Shown piece by piece: positions 1 through 20,433 of a DNA stretch of 64,000 nt. Each line of letters starts with the position of its first letter. The stretch's first letter is position 1. The stretch comes from the human T2T-CHM13v2.0 reference genome, Homo sapiens, in assembly GCF_009914755.1 (NCBI RefSeq), contig NC_060929.1; one strand, written 5' to 3'. Made by a program: the position numbers and the translations under genes. Below the pieces are notes generated by a model. It was not told the origin of the DNA. It did not search any database and saw only the letters and a list, made by a program, of their open reading frames with translations.

Positions 1-411
1 AGGAGAATTGCATGAACCTAGGAGGCAGAGATTGCAGTGGGCCAGGTTTGCACCACTGCACTCCAGCCTGGGCAACAAAGGGAGACTCCATCTCAAAAAA
101 AAAAAAAAAAAAAAGTACACAACTGTTCTTCAGAAAAGGTTGCAACAATTTATACTCCCAGCAGCAGAATAGCAGAATCCATTAATGGCAGTTTCTTCAA
201 ATAGTCACAGAAACCAAGAAGTGTTATTAAAAAGCAACACAGAGCCAGGAGCGGTGGTGTGCCCCTATAGCCCCAGCTACTCCAGTGCCGAGGCAGGAGG
301 ATCTCTTGCAGCCAGGAGTTTGAGACTGTAGTGTGCTATGATTGTGCTTGTAAATAGCCCCTGCACTCCAGCCTGGGCAACATAATCATGTCCCCAAAAA
401 AAAAAAAAAAA
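1..411 (+). mobile_element. Alu right-arm end (1-113) and monomeric Alu (about 243-411)
   Basis: Alu consensus motifs with poly(A) tails. Confidence 0.9.
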
Positions 412-3006
412 GCATAAAACCATTAAACCATTCAATCCTCACACTAGCAAAAGTATCTCATTTTAAACTTCATTTATTTGATTACACTATTGAGAACTTC
501 AAGTAATTTTATATTTCACCTTTTGCAAATTTCTTGTTTCTGTTTTTTACTCGTTTTTCTACTAAAACATGTTCTTATTGATTTGTGAAGGCTCTTTATA
601 TATTAAAGCTATACATCCATTGTTATACACATTGGATATATATATCTTGTTTGCTGTTGGCTTTAATGAGGGCAGTTTGGCTATATATACATCAAAGTCA
701 TAACAACGTGCATATTCTGATTGGCAAATACACTTTCAAGAATTTACCTTAAGGAGAAAGTATTTGTGCACATGAAAAATACAGTACTATTATTTGCAAC
801 AACAAATAAACAATCCAGTAATAGAAATCTGACTTGAAAGTATAGCCACTGACAGAATTTTATAGTCATGAAAAAATGCGAAAGAATGTTTCAAGATTTA
901 TTAAGTTAAAAAAAAAAGTAGGTTACAAAATTAAGGTAAACTATGATCCCAATTTAAAGGGAAGAAAAGTATATACACAACAAATATAAAGAGGGTTGTC
1001 TCTGGCTGGTAAAATTATGGGTAACTAATTTTTAAAACATTTCACATATTTCCCTAATATTTTATAATCAGTAAGAATCGTCTTTATATTGAGGAGGGGT
1101 GAACGCAAACCCCAGCATCTAATGCGGTGGTGTTTTTATTATTGTCACTATTCTTTGTCGCATATTTTTGAGGGTCATAGAAAGAACTTGCCGGAGAAAA
1201 AAACAAGGAAAGTACCCCTAGGATGAAGAAGAACAGAGTGAAGTGCTGAAGAGCTAATGAAGCAGAGTGGACCATCTGCACAGATGAGAGAAGACCCAGG
1301 GGAGTTTCAGACCCTGATCTTGAGAACCGCAGTCCACCCCTAACCTCTGGTCTCCAGTCTCAAACCTGGCCCTTTGCTCCAGAGTCTTCTGAGGGAGTGA
1401 CAGCTGGGAGGGAGGCTGATGGGCATTTGGGAATTGGTCCTTTGTAGCCGCTGGGGGAGCAAAGTGAGCTTTAGAACAAAGTCACTACCAGAAAGCACAC
1501 ATTGAGGGGGCTGCCCGTGAAAACGTTAATTCAGGGCGGCTAATGCTTAGAGGGGAAAAAAAAATATCTCAGTCTGCATGAGCTAGACGGACAGGGGTGG
1601 GAGTTGGGGGTGCAGGTAGGGGAGGGAAGGGATTTGCTCACAGTGGGAGCAGGAGTGCCATTCAGATTGGACATGATTCAGTAAGTTCATCAGGATAAGC
1701 CAAAGTAAAAATGCAGTGGTGGAAGCTGCAATTATGTACACCCCATTTTAGCAGCTGGCACCTCCCGGGAGGGAAGCCGACCGACTGGGGTCGCCTCTCT
1801 AATTGCACCACCTTCCCGTACATATCCTTCAGCCACCGAGGCATTCAGCAGAGAGAGGGAAGCACTTCTGTATTCCATCATTCCAGCCCTCTCGCAAGCA
1901 GCAATGCGGTTCCGGACCTGAGGACCCACATTTGTAAACTAAACAGAAGCGAGGTATGAGAAAACCAGTTTAACGTTGTAAGAGAGGTAGAAAATATGTG
2001 GCATTTTCCCATAGACAACTTACCTTTGCCTCTTTCTTATGAGGGTAATAAGTGTGTGTCAGATTAATTACTCTCTAAAATTGATGGCAAAAAAAAAAAA
2101 ACCCAACATTCTCATACTTGGTTTTCGCTTAGCACCAGAAATCTTATCTACGCGACGAAAGCAGATTTAGCCTAGTAGCAGTCAGCCAAGTGATTATTCA
2201 TTTCTTTTAAATGTAACTCGATTTAATATGAAAGACCACTTTCACAATGAAAACACCTCCCTTCCAGGGCACATTTAGCAACTGAATAGACATCAACTGA
2301 ACACCATTCCTCCATCGGGGGGAGGCAGAGATTAGCATTTCAGTCACTCTTTATTTTGTTCTTTCTTTGGGGACCTCTACTTCGGGGAGTAAAGGGAATC
2401 CCAACAGAATATGCCTCATCAGGTTTTTCCAGGCCGATTGCAAAATTCCAACATGTGTATGCTTGTGTGAAACAAGCACATGATATTCAACAGATGACCA
2501 TTCAACTCCGATAACATCTCACATTTCCATACTTGCGTATGAACAGGTTTATAATGCGATTAAAAAAGAGATTATTCTTGTGCAGATTTCTTTAAAGGTT
2601 CCTATAAAGCACGAGGCAGGGAAAAGCTGGATGACTGCAGTGTATAAACTCTTAAAGAAAAATACTTTGGAAAAAATTCAAACAAAAGAAACCACCAATT
2701 TCCCCCTTCAACCTAATATTAAAAAAGAAGTTTTCCTATAAAAGGTGAATTCCATATGAAAATATATTGCATTATCAACGCCTTAACTGATCAGTGAATT
2801 GTGTCCTTCATTTTTACAAAAAAAAATTTGTAGTTCAAACTTGTACATGCAATCAAAATCAGCACTAACCCACTTGTAAACACTTCCGTGCCTGGAGAAA
2901 CAGCAAAATCTGTTCCCCGTGTATGATCTCTGCAGTTTTACAATACCATCATCATGGCAAGTTACATGAAACTTTTAAGCAGAACAAGAAAGAGAAAAAT
3001 CCCTAC

Positions 3007-3340
3007 CTTGGGTTTTCTTTCACCCCTTCAGTTTCTGTCCACTGTAAATAGCTGCATCTTTAGCAGTCCGGGCAAGGGCATCTAAGCTGACAGACACAAA
3101 AATGGGCTTTCTTCGGCTGGCTGGTGTTCCCAGCCTTTTATGTGGTGCGTCTCGGGCTGTGCTGCTTAATTCATTCCTGATTCTACTCAAAGGAAGTCCA
3201 GCCTGGCGAGGCTGACGTGATAGGAACTGCTGAAGACACTTTTGACTGCAGGGGCAAACTAACCATCATGCACGCATCAACAAATGTGTAATTACATTTC
3301 AGGGCCCAAAGATTCTTGATTTTAAAAGCCAATCAATAAT
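3007..3340 (-). promoter_or_regulatory. MYO10: Candidate internal promoter and non-coding first exon (headless MYO10)
   Basis: Repeat-free block with CCAAT 3329-3333, CRE-like TGACGTGA 3213-3220, TATA-like CATAAAAG (minus, 3135-3142) and donor CAAG|gtaggg at 3007. Headless Myo10 is known to start within intron 19. Confidence 0.5.
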
Positions 3341-3740
3341 TTTTTTTAAAAAAAAGTCCCAGGACAAAATCAAGCAGTTTAGTTGTGATCTTGGAAAATC
3401 CACCCAGAGAACAAGAACAGCACTCTTTGCTGGTGCTGAGCTTCACTCGCTGCAATTTATCCTGATCTCTACAGAGCTCTGATGAATAGTTTCCATGACA
3501 ACTTGGTAAACAGGATGGAAGTGACCACTGAGGGCTTTACTGGGATTGTTTTGTTTAGGGAGAAGAATGGTTGCTTTAAATGCTTCCTTTACTAAAATTT
3601 CCTCCAAAGGTAAAAAGGCAGCTTTTTACAGGTCTTCTATATGAAATGTTTTCAAAAGTCAAAGATGCTGGCAATGGGTGCTCCAGGTGCAGGAGACAGT
3701 CAAAACAACAGGGGACATGAGTGGCAATCAAAAACCAGAA

Positions 3741-4862
<1,122 letters not shown>

Positions 4863-4979
4863 TCATTCTCAATGCTTCACCCTTTGACCAGGGAATCAGA
4901 AACCTCCCATTCTTATAGAAAATGACTTGGAAAAAAATGTTTGTTACATTATGAACTGATAATAAACATCTGGCATTTT

Positions 4980-5240
4980 GACACATGACAGTACTTATTT
5001 GTCAAAAGTCAAAGAACCATACAACACAGACAGTGGACTCCTAATGTCAACTTTGGACTTTAATAATAATGTAGCAATACTGCTTTATTATAACAAATGT
5101 ACCACATTAGTACAAGATATTAATGAAAGGGAAAATGGTGGTGGAGGGGGGCAGTGTGGAAACAGTCTGTAGTATATGCTCACATTTTCTGTAAATTTTT
5201 TAATGTTCTTTAAAAAAGTCTATTAATGTTAAAAATCAAG
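4980..5240 (+). mobile_element. Old L1M 3' UTR fragment
   Basis: Resembles L1MC/MD 3' motifs (ataacaaatgtaccac...caagatattaat). Confidence 0.6.
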
Positions 5241-6260
5241 ATAAAAATGTCCATCCCGTGACAATGCCAAAGACTAAAGGAAAAACTTTTTTAAGGCTCC
5301 TTATGACAATCTGTCAGAAGTGATTTAAAACTTAAGAGAGAAAAGGTCTTAAAACAGTTAGATTTTCCTGTGACTCAGCTTAAATTTGGGATTAAATTTG
5401 TTAGGACAAAATAAGTGGTAAAAATATAAACATATAATGTAAGTATGTGTTATTTTACATACACAATAACATGTAGCTGTATCATGTCCCCATGACCTCA
5501 CTTAATACACATAACCACCCTCCCTCAGTAGGTACTGTCAATACACACACGTTAAACACAGGGAAAGGACGCCCGGCCACACAAGGTGTAGTGATGAGGC
5601 CTGGGCGAAACCTGGGTGCACACCTTTGATCTATTGTATCGGTGGCTTCATGGCTCCTCTGCACCTGGGTGGCTGTGCGATACCCTTCCCATGCCAACGG
5701 GATTATGGTGTATCATAATGTGCTAGACCCAGAGCACCCCGACACCCTGGGTCTCAGCAGGCGCGGCGCAGGGCTTCCTGTGCCCTTGGTGCAGGACATG
5801 AAGGACTGAGTCACCCAGGCCCTGCGGGTAACTAAGCAGGCTTGCAGAGGGAGCGGTGGCTGGGGCTGGGGAACAGGTGGGGTAGTGGTCAATGCAGCTG
5901 TGGGAAAACAGTCACAAAAGATGAAACAGAAAATAAAAACAAACAACATGAAAGCAAACACAGGCAGTAAAAAGGTAAGCAAAGCTCTAAAAAAAAAAAA
6001 TCCTAATCGCCCACAAGAGCTTTGAGATGGTATTGCATAATGTGTTGATGTTTAAACAAAAATTCCGAGATAAAATTACGCTCAGAGGCTGTTTACTGGA
6101 GCAGGAAAATGTATTCTTATTAAGAGCTTAAAAATATTTGACACGCTCCTATGAACGAATATCTGACATTTTCACATTAATCTCAAATGGCCAGAAGAAG
6201 AGCAGCGAATGGAAGATGCAGAAATGCAGATTTCATTCATTACAATTAAGACCTTTCCCA

Positions 6261-6925
6261 GGCCGGGCGCGGTAGCTCACGCCGGTAATCCCAGCACTTT
6301 GGGAGGCAGAGGCGTGTGGATCACCTGAGGTCAGGAGTTTGAGACTATCCTGGCCAACATGGTGAAACCCCGTCTCTACTAAAAATACAAAAATTAGCTG
6401 GGAGTGGTGGCGGGTATCTGTAATCCCAGCTACTCTGGAGGCTGAGGCAAGAGAATTGCTTGAACCCGGGGGAGGTGGAGGTTGCAGTGAGCCAAGATCG
6501 TGCCATTGCACTCCAGCCTGGACCAAAAGCGAGACTCCATCTCAAAACAAAAATAAAAACCTTTCCCATGAACAGTAAGGGCTTAAAAAACAAAAATTCA
6601 AAAGCAGACCAGGCGCGGTGACTCACATCTGTAATCCCAGCACTTTGGGAGGCCAAAGCAGGAGAATCGCTTGAGGCCAAAAGTTTGAGACCAGCCTGGG
6701 CAACACAGTAAGACCTCGTCTCTATGAAAAATTAAAAAATTAGCCAGGCCCAGTGGTGGTGTATGCCTGTACTCCCAGCTACTTGGGAGGCTGGGGCAGG
6801 AGATCGCTTGAGCCCAGGAGTTCAAGGCTTCTGCGAGTTATGATAGTGCCACTACGCTCCCGCCTGGGCAACAGAATAAGACCTTGTCTCTCAAAAATGA
6901 AAAAATTAAAATTAAAAAATTAAAA
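6261..6925 (+). mobile_element. AluS (about 6261-6560) and AluJ (about 6606-6925)
   Basis: Full-length dimeric Alus with A-rich tails. Confidence 0.92.
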
Positions 6926-7115
6926 AAGCACCTGGCTACCTTTAAGTGTTAGGAAAGATTAAATTCTCTGTTTCTGAGGGTTCCTTAGGAAAAGGGAGGA
7001 TGATCCCTTTATGTAACATTTAAAAGAGAGAACTAGATCATATTTCCTCAATTCTTAATGCATACATGCTCCCATGTGGACATGCTGAAACTGGGATGTG
7101 TCTCAGGCATGCTGT

Positions 7116-7666
7116 TGTTCTAAGAAAGAGGTCCCAGTCCAGACCCCAAGAGAGGGTTCTTGGATCTCATGTAAGAAAGAATTTAGGGTGAGTCCATAGG
7201 GTAAAGTGAAAGCAAGTTTATTAAGAAAGTAAAGGAATAAAAGAATGGCTACTCCATAGACACAGCAGTCCCAAGGGCTGCTGGTTGTCCATTTTTATGT
7301 TTATTTCTTGATGATATGCTAAACAAGGGGTGCATTATTCATGCCTCCCCTTTTTAGACGATACAGGGTAACTTCCTGAGGCTGCCGTGGCATTTGTAAA
7401 CTGTCACGGTGCTGATGCGAGTGTCACAGTGAGGACAACCAGAGGTCACTCTCGTGGCCATCTTGGTTTTGGTCAGTTTTGGCCACCTTCTTTACGGCAA
7501 CCTGTTTTATCAGCAAGGTCTTTATGACCTGTATTTTGTGCTGACCTCCTATCTCATCCTGTGACTTAGAATGGCTGCGTCTGAGAATGCAGCCTAGTAG
7601 GTTTCAGCCTCATTTTCCCCAGCTCCTATTCAAGATGGAGTTGCTCTGGTTCAAACATCTCTGACA
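7116..7666 (-). mobile_element. MER41A solo LTR (ERV1), about 551 bp
   Basis: Minus strand begins TGTCAGAGATGTTTGAACCAGAGCAACTCCATCTTGAATAGG and ends GGGACCTCTTTCTTAGAACA; it lacks the GAS-containing segment of MER41B. Confidence 0.85.
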
Positions 7667-8839
7667 CTACCACCCAAGCAGCCACCATGCTGCGACCAGT
7701 GCCTGGATGTGAGTGAATTTCATCATAATTTTTGTACTATCTTTGCAAATTATGGACACTACTGCCACTCCTCACATCAAGTCCAGCTGTCTTTTAAGCG
7801 GAGTTGAAATATCACACTACAGATTTACCAGTGAAACAGAAAGTTATTTTATCTGCAAAAAGGCCTGGAAACAGAAAGGCAAGGTGCCTATTTGTGGTGG
7901 ATGAATGACCTCCATTTCATACTTTCTGCAAAGCAACGAGCAAGAGCTAAGCGATAAGAAATCATTGTGCTCTGCTGTAATCGGTGGTGCCTTTGCTTCC
8001 ACAGTGACAGGAAACAAGGATGCATTTTACACTCTTGGAATTTAGATTCTGTGAAACATGGCAATAAATAATGTTTGGACAGAGTGAATAGTCTATAATT
8101 CCAGAAAGTTCCATCTCAATGTTAAAATCTAATGTTTAATTAACCTTTCAGTTTAAACCTTGTCATGTGGCAGACCCTCACACCCAGACTCCCTGCCCAA
8201 TTGTGGCAGATAACAAAGGCCTGTGGGTGAATACCCATTTGGAGATGGGGATATTTGTATATGAAGCATCAGCCCTCAGATCAAGAAGTATTTGTGAATG
8301 AGCCCCTGGTGCTGTGCTTGGCTGTTCCTAAAGGGCCCTGAACCTGAGGTGGGGCTATGTCTAGAAGGGGTCAGCTGAGGGAGGTAGACAGGGCGAAGGA
8401 GCATGTCAGCATAAAAAGATTGATACACATTAAAGACACCACCCCAATACTGACCTACTGGCGATGCCCGGGTATCCTCCAGCTACACAAATCAAAGATG
8501 ATCAGAAGAGAAAAGCATGCCAAAAATAAAATAAATCAACTAAAACAGAATCTATGGCAATAGTTACGTTTTTATCTTTCGCACAGTTGAGCACTCACAC
8601 ACCATGAGCAATTTCTACAATGTACCATGATGAGTAACTCAACGTTACTGAGCACCTATAAATAGTCTGGACCCTGAGGTGTGCAGCAGGGTGCAAAGGC
8701 TGAGACAGGCCCTGCAGAGCTGCACTTGGTCTTCTATATTCACTGAACACTTTATTCACAAACTAGCATTAGGGCAAAGAGACCAAAGTCAAAAGCTTAG
8801 TAAAGCTAAAGAGAAACCAGATGCATAAAAGAAGATAGA

Positions 8840-9757
<918 letters not shown>

Positions 9758-10320
9758 CAGGTCTGAAATAAAGAAAGGAAATGAAGAAAGGAAGAAAGAA
9801 AAGAAAAAGAGGGAGGGAGAGAGGGAGGGAGGGAGGGAGAAATAGCAGGCAGCACCTGGATTACATAAATATAAATCCCCGGGAGGAAATGTGCTAGATT
9901 CATTAAATTCATTCATCAAATTATTACACCTCTGGAAACAAAAGGCTCATGCTTCCATAATGTCTGCACAGAGCTCTCACTGCATGTGTGTGGTCATGAG
10001 TTGTCTAGGATGTTGTCAACCTGAGGGGCTGAGTCTGACCTAAGAAGGAAGCCCCGTGGAAGAGAGGAATACAGGTCATCAGGACTCATTTATGTGAAAG
10101 GAGCTGACATCCCCCCAAAGTCCTTTACAGAAGACCCCTGTGTGAGATGGTTTACACATCCTCATCTTCATCCTTGTGTCTCGGGGTAGAGACAGATGGG
10201 GCTCCAAGATCGACAGCCCACAAGGCTCACGTGACCTCCCTAACTCCACTCCACGTCTCCAGCTTCCTTCTCTCACTTGATATTCCATTTTCCAGCAAAT
10301 TTGGCTGCATGGAAACTCTA

Positions 10321-14964
<4,644 letters not shown>

Positions 14965-15206
14965 TACTGTGGTTCTTATAAGCATACATCTTTAAACTAT
15001 AAATGAGGAATCCATGCAATATTAAGCCAAAGGCAACTGGTTGGCATTATAAAAGATAAGATCCAGCATCAGTCAAATTACCAGAATATAATAAACCAAG
15101 TCTCATGGGAAACAGTTCAGATCAGATTTTTTACCTTAAACCTTATGAGGATGGCATCTAGTTCTTTAACATTAGCTCTTAAAATTACAATTAAATTTTA
15201 CAATTT

Positions 15207-15278
15207 AATTACATTACAATTAAATTACATAAAAATTACATTACAATTAAATTACATAAAAATTACATTACAATTAAA
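15207..15278. repeat. 27-bp AT-rich tandem repeat, about 2.7 copies
   Basis: Unit aattacattacaattaaattacataaa repeats exactly. Confidence 0.9.
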
Positions 15279-16022
15279 ATTTGTAGGGGTTTTCTCACAT
15301 AAGAAGCATTCCTAAGAGGCTGTTTGCTGAATCAAAATAATTTAAATGTATTAACAATACTTTAAGACAAGCTACCTAATTAGCTGTGGATTCAGCGACT
15401 GCATATATCTAACACTATAGTTTCTTTGTTTAGGTAGCTTTTCCTTTTTAAGCTCACATTCCTTGTAATCGGATTATGAAATTAGAAAGCTAAAATCAAA
15501 GAGCCAAGACATTAATACTTATGACAACCTTTAGAGTGCTTTCTAATTAGTTATAAACAACTATTTAAAGTACTTAAAATCTAGCATTACTACTTAAAGC
15601 CTCTTCATCGTGTTTAAAATAACAATAAAGCAAAAAAAAGAAGGAAAGAAAGACAAATAAAAACTTTAAAAAAAAAATCAGCCACCACACATCAAATATT
15701 TCCTGTAAAATGATGTATCACACTCTGAAACTTTTCCCAAGAATTTTAAACCAAACGCTAAAAAAAAAAAAAAGTAAAGGCTTCACAATGTTTCCTTTTC
15801 AAATAGATGTCCCTAAAGCTTAATAACATCACTCAAAAGCAGACTAACAGGCCCAAGGGACAAAGGGAACTTTTTCATTTCATGTCAAGTTATAATAATG
15901 TCATATCCATTTCCAACCATCTACAATGAAAGGACTTTGGAGAAACCAAATCTGTGAGTAACCACCCCAGGAGGCTGTGTCCCTCGAGACAGATCCCAGC
16001 CTAGGACTGTCATCAATCTTAC

Positions 16023-16103
16023 CTTCTGCATGTTTGGCTTGATACAGCGAACAAAGAAAGGATTAGAGGAGCTTAGCGTTGCCATTAAGGAATGCAGTGA
16101 GTC
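16023..16103 (-). CDS. MYO10: MYO10 exon 19 (81 nt): DSLHSLMATLSSSNPFFVRCIKPNMQK
   Basis: taatag|GAC and AAG|gtaaga; FVRCIKPN motif. I found no further motor exon in 1-16022. Confidence 0.96.
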
Positions 16104-16292
16104 CTATTAGAAAAAGTATATGTTGATTTAGTCTCTTATTATGTCATTCTTTAAATTTCTCAGTACTCTAGGCACTTAGAAACAATAATTTAAAAAACAC
16201 AATATAAATCATAGGACTAATAACTTAGAGGTTTTCATTTTTTAATTGTCATTCTAATATAAAATAAACATACTGAGTCAATGTATTAATAA

Positions 16293-16659
<367 letters not shown>

Positions 16660-17883
16660 TGAAATAGTACAATTTTAATAAACCATTCTGTCAACAAACA
16701 AAAATCATCCTAGGATATTTCAACGTTTAGTACAGAAAAACTGAGAAATAGCCACTCTTCCACTGTCATTATTCTTCCCAATTCATTAGTTCCATCGAAA
16801 TGACAGTCTATGCCAGCACTTCACTGGTCTCTGAGCCACAATCTCTCACTCTTACCTTCAAATCGCCAGACTTACAGACTCCAGATCAATCTTTAATACT
16901 ACTTTCTTTTCCAACTTTTTTTTTTTTTTTTTTTTTAGAGTTTTTAACATTTACCAAAGCAGACAAAAGCATACAATGAGTTCTCATTACCAGCTTCAGC
17001 TCAGGGCTAATCTCATTTCGCCTGATCCACACATACTATACCCACCCCTGTGGAAAAGCAAATCCCAGACATGATGTGATTTCCTCCAGCAGCATTTCAG
17101 TATGTAGGATTAAAGGCTAAACACTTTAAAGCACTGTGTAACCACAGCATCATCACACCTGAAAAGATGACATTAATTCCTTAAACTAATATTAAAATGT
17201 GCAATGGTCTCACATTTCATATTAAAATGCTCAACTGCTTCAAATTTTATGATTTTTAAAAATTTTATTATTTATTTATTTATTTGAGACAGGGTCTCAT
17301 TCTGCCACCCAGGCTGGAGTACAGTGGTGTGATCACAGCTCACGGCAGCTTCAACCTTCCAGACTCAAGTGATCCTCCTACCTCAGCCTCCTGAGTAGCT
17401 GGGAATACAAGGGCATGCCGAATAACTTTTTAATTTTTTTTGTAGAGATGAGGCCTCGCTATGTTGCCCAGGCTGGTCTCGAACTCCTCGACTCAAGCAA
17501 TCTTTCCACCTAGGCCTCCTAAAGTGCTGGGATTACAGGCATGTGTCACCATGCCCAGCCCATAAATTTTAAAGGGTTTGTTCTTTTGCATCAAAATGCA
17601 AATATGGTCCATTCATTGTAATTGGTGGATGCATCTTTTCAGTCTCTTTTAATCCACTGGCTTTCCCTCCATCTGTCTCTTTTTTCTTCTCATAATCTTG
17701 TTGAAGAAAACTGAACTGTCTGAACACTACATGGATTAATTACTTCTCCAGCTCAGAAAACTTTAAAATTTCTCACAAGACAAAACATCCTGACATTCAC
17801 GGCCCTTCATATTTTGATACCATCTTAAATTCTCACGAGGTGTCCTGTCCGGCTGGTGTTCTACTGTCTGTTGACAGTCCTCA

Positions 17884-18397
<514 letters not shown>

Positions 18398-18483
18398 TCA
18401 CTTGCGCCTGGGAGTTTGAGGCTGCAGTGAGGCGTGATTACACCACTGCACTCCAGTCTGGGTGACAGAACAAGACCCTGTCT

Positions 18484-18506
18484 CACACACACACAAACAC
18501 ACACAC

Positions 18507-18538
<32 letters not shown>
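18484..18538. repeat. (CA)n microsatellite at an Alu tail
   Basis: Interrupted CA dinucleotide run. Confidence 0.95.
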
Positions 18539-18542
<4 letters not shown>

Positions 18543-19312
18543 AAAAAAAAAGCTTTCTCAGAGAAGTCCTGGCAAACCGACCTTCTAGAAAAAGAAAACT
18601 GAAAACCTCTGCTGGAAGATTAAGAGCCTAGGACAAGGTAACTGACATCAGTCTCATCTAACCAGGGGGAAAAAACATCCAGATATGAGAAGAAATATAT
18701 CCCATTTCCACATGAGTCTCTAAATACAAATCAGAGTGGTCCCAAATGGCCTTAAGGAGTTTGCTATTTCAAAAGCTTAGAAGAAATAGCCATTTATTTT
18801 TTTAAAAAGGATCTACATGTTTTCATCTGACTCAGAGAAAAAGTCTATTTTATTTCTTTTCTCTCTTTTTTTAGACAGAGTCTAGGTCTTACGCTGTCAC
18901 CCAGGCTGGAGTGCAGTGGTGCAATCACAGCTCTCTGCAATCTTGATCTCCCAGGCTCAGGCAATCCTCCCACCTCAGCCTCCTGAGTAGCTGGGACTAC
19001 AGGCATGCGCCACCGCACCCAGATAATTTCTGTATTTTTTGTAGAGACAGGATTTCACCATGTTGCCCCGGCTGGTTTTGAACCCCTGAGCTCAGGTGAT
19101 CTGCCCACCTCGGCCTCCCAAAGTGCTGAGAATACAGGCGTGAGCCAAAACTCTATTTTATTTCTAAAGCACTATCTGGTTTAAAAGCATGATATAAAAG
19201 GAAACAAAAATAAACAAATATTCTCATAGACTTCACATACACCCAAATCCTCTTTTCAGTTCTTAAAAATACAGTAACGACGGATTCCTCTAAGCCAGCA
19301 GTGAAAACGAAC

Positions 19313-19421
19313 CTTGAACTGTGAGCTGACTGTAGGCCGCCGATGTTTGCTTCCACATTTCAAGGTATCCTGGTTGTTGCGGCTTGAAACATGTTCAAAA
19401 AGATCGTAGATAAAGTCAAAT
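19313..19421 (-). CDS. MYO10: MYO10 exon 18 (109 nt): FDFIYDLFEHVSSRNNQDTLKCGSKHRRPTVSSQFK (loop 2)
   Basis: cacag|ATT and AAG|gttcgt (weak donor); frame continuous. Confidence 0.94.
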
Positions 19422-19669
19422 CTGTGTGAGGCAAGAGCAGGAGGTCAGTGAGGCACACACACCCATTATTAGGTGCAAGATTATTGTAATTAATGGTGCC
19501 CTTTCTCAATGATAATTCAAAGTAATACACCCTAGGCCTGGAAGAACTAAGACAGCTTCCAAAGATTTCAAACCAAACACTGCCAAAGAGCTTTAGGCAC
19601 TGAAAACACGTGGCAGTGTCAGAGACCAGAGTCTTGCAGAGAAGGGGACTGGCATGACAGTGACAAAGG

Positions 19670-20060
19670 GTGGAATCCCACTTAGGAGCTCTGTGCTTTC
19701 TGGAATGCCATCTAAGCCTCTGTAGCCTCGGTCTCCTCACTTGCAAAAGTGAGTTATTAGTTTTGCCATCTTGCAGTGTTGCAAAGATTGAAGCAGTTAA
19801 CAGATGGAAAGGTGCTCCTGGGGAACACTAATTACAGGGTGAGGCAGGCGATGGTTCAAATCCTGTCTCCCCACTTCCCAGCTGTGTTGCTTGGGCAAGA
19901 TGTTTCATCTCTCTCTAAGCCTCAGTTTTTTCATCTGGAAAATGGAGATAATTTTTTAATTTATCCCCTAATGCCAGGTGAGAATGAAAGGAGAACATGC
20001 ATGTAAAAGGCAGAAAGCATGCTACCTGGCATATCATATATATTGATATTAGTTATTATT
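19670..20060 (+). mobile_element. MIR fragments
   Basis: Core motifs ggttcaaatcc, ttgggcaag, aagcctcagtttt..catctg.aaaatgg.gataat. Confidence 0.7.
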
Positions 20061-20123
20061 TAAAAAGTTCTGTAAAATCCATTGCTACTATTAACAAGGT
20101 AAAAGTGAAAAGCTTCCCAATAA

Positions 20124-20433
<310 letters not shown>

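Noticed and set aside
1445-1463. CTCF-like tagccgctgggggagc
   Set aside because: Mismatches at key core positions (lacks the AG and terminal GGC); too weak.
1593-1632. G-run cluster with G-quadruplex potential
   Set aside because: Common motif class, with no further evidence of function from sequence alone.
2737-2744. Perfect TATAAAAG on the + strand (possible antisense promoter)
   Set aside because: AT-rich context and no supporting downstream exon structure found.
15207-15278. Regular 27-bp repeats as a CRISPR-like array
   Set aside because: Head-to-tail with no spacers, in a mammalian intron.
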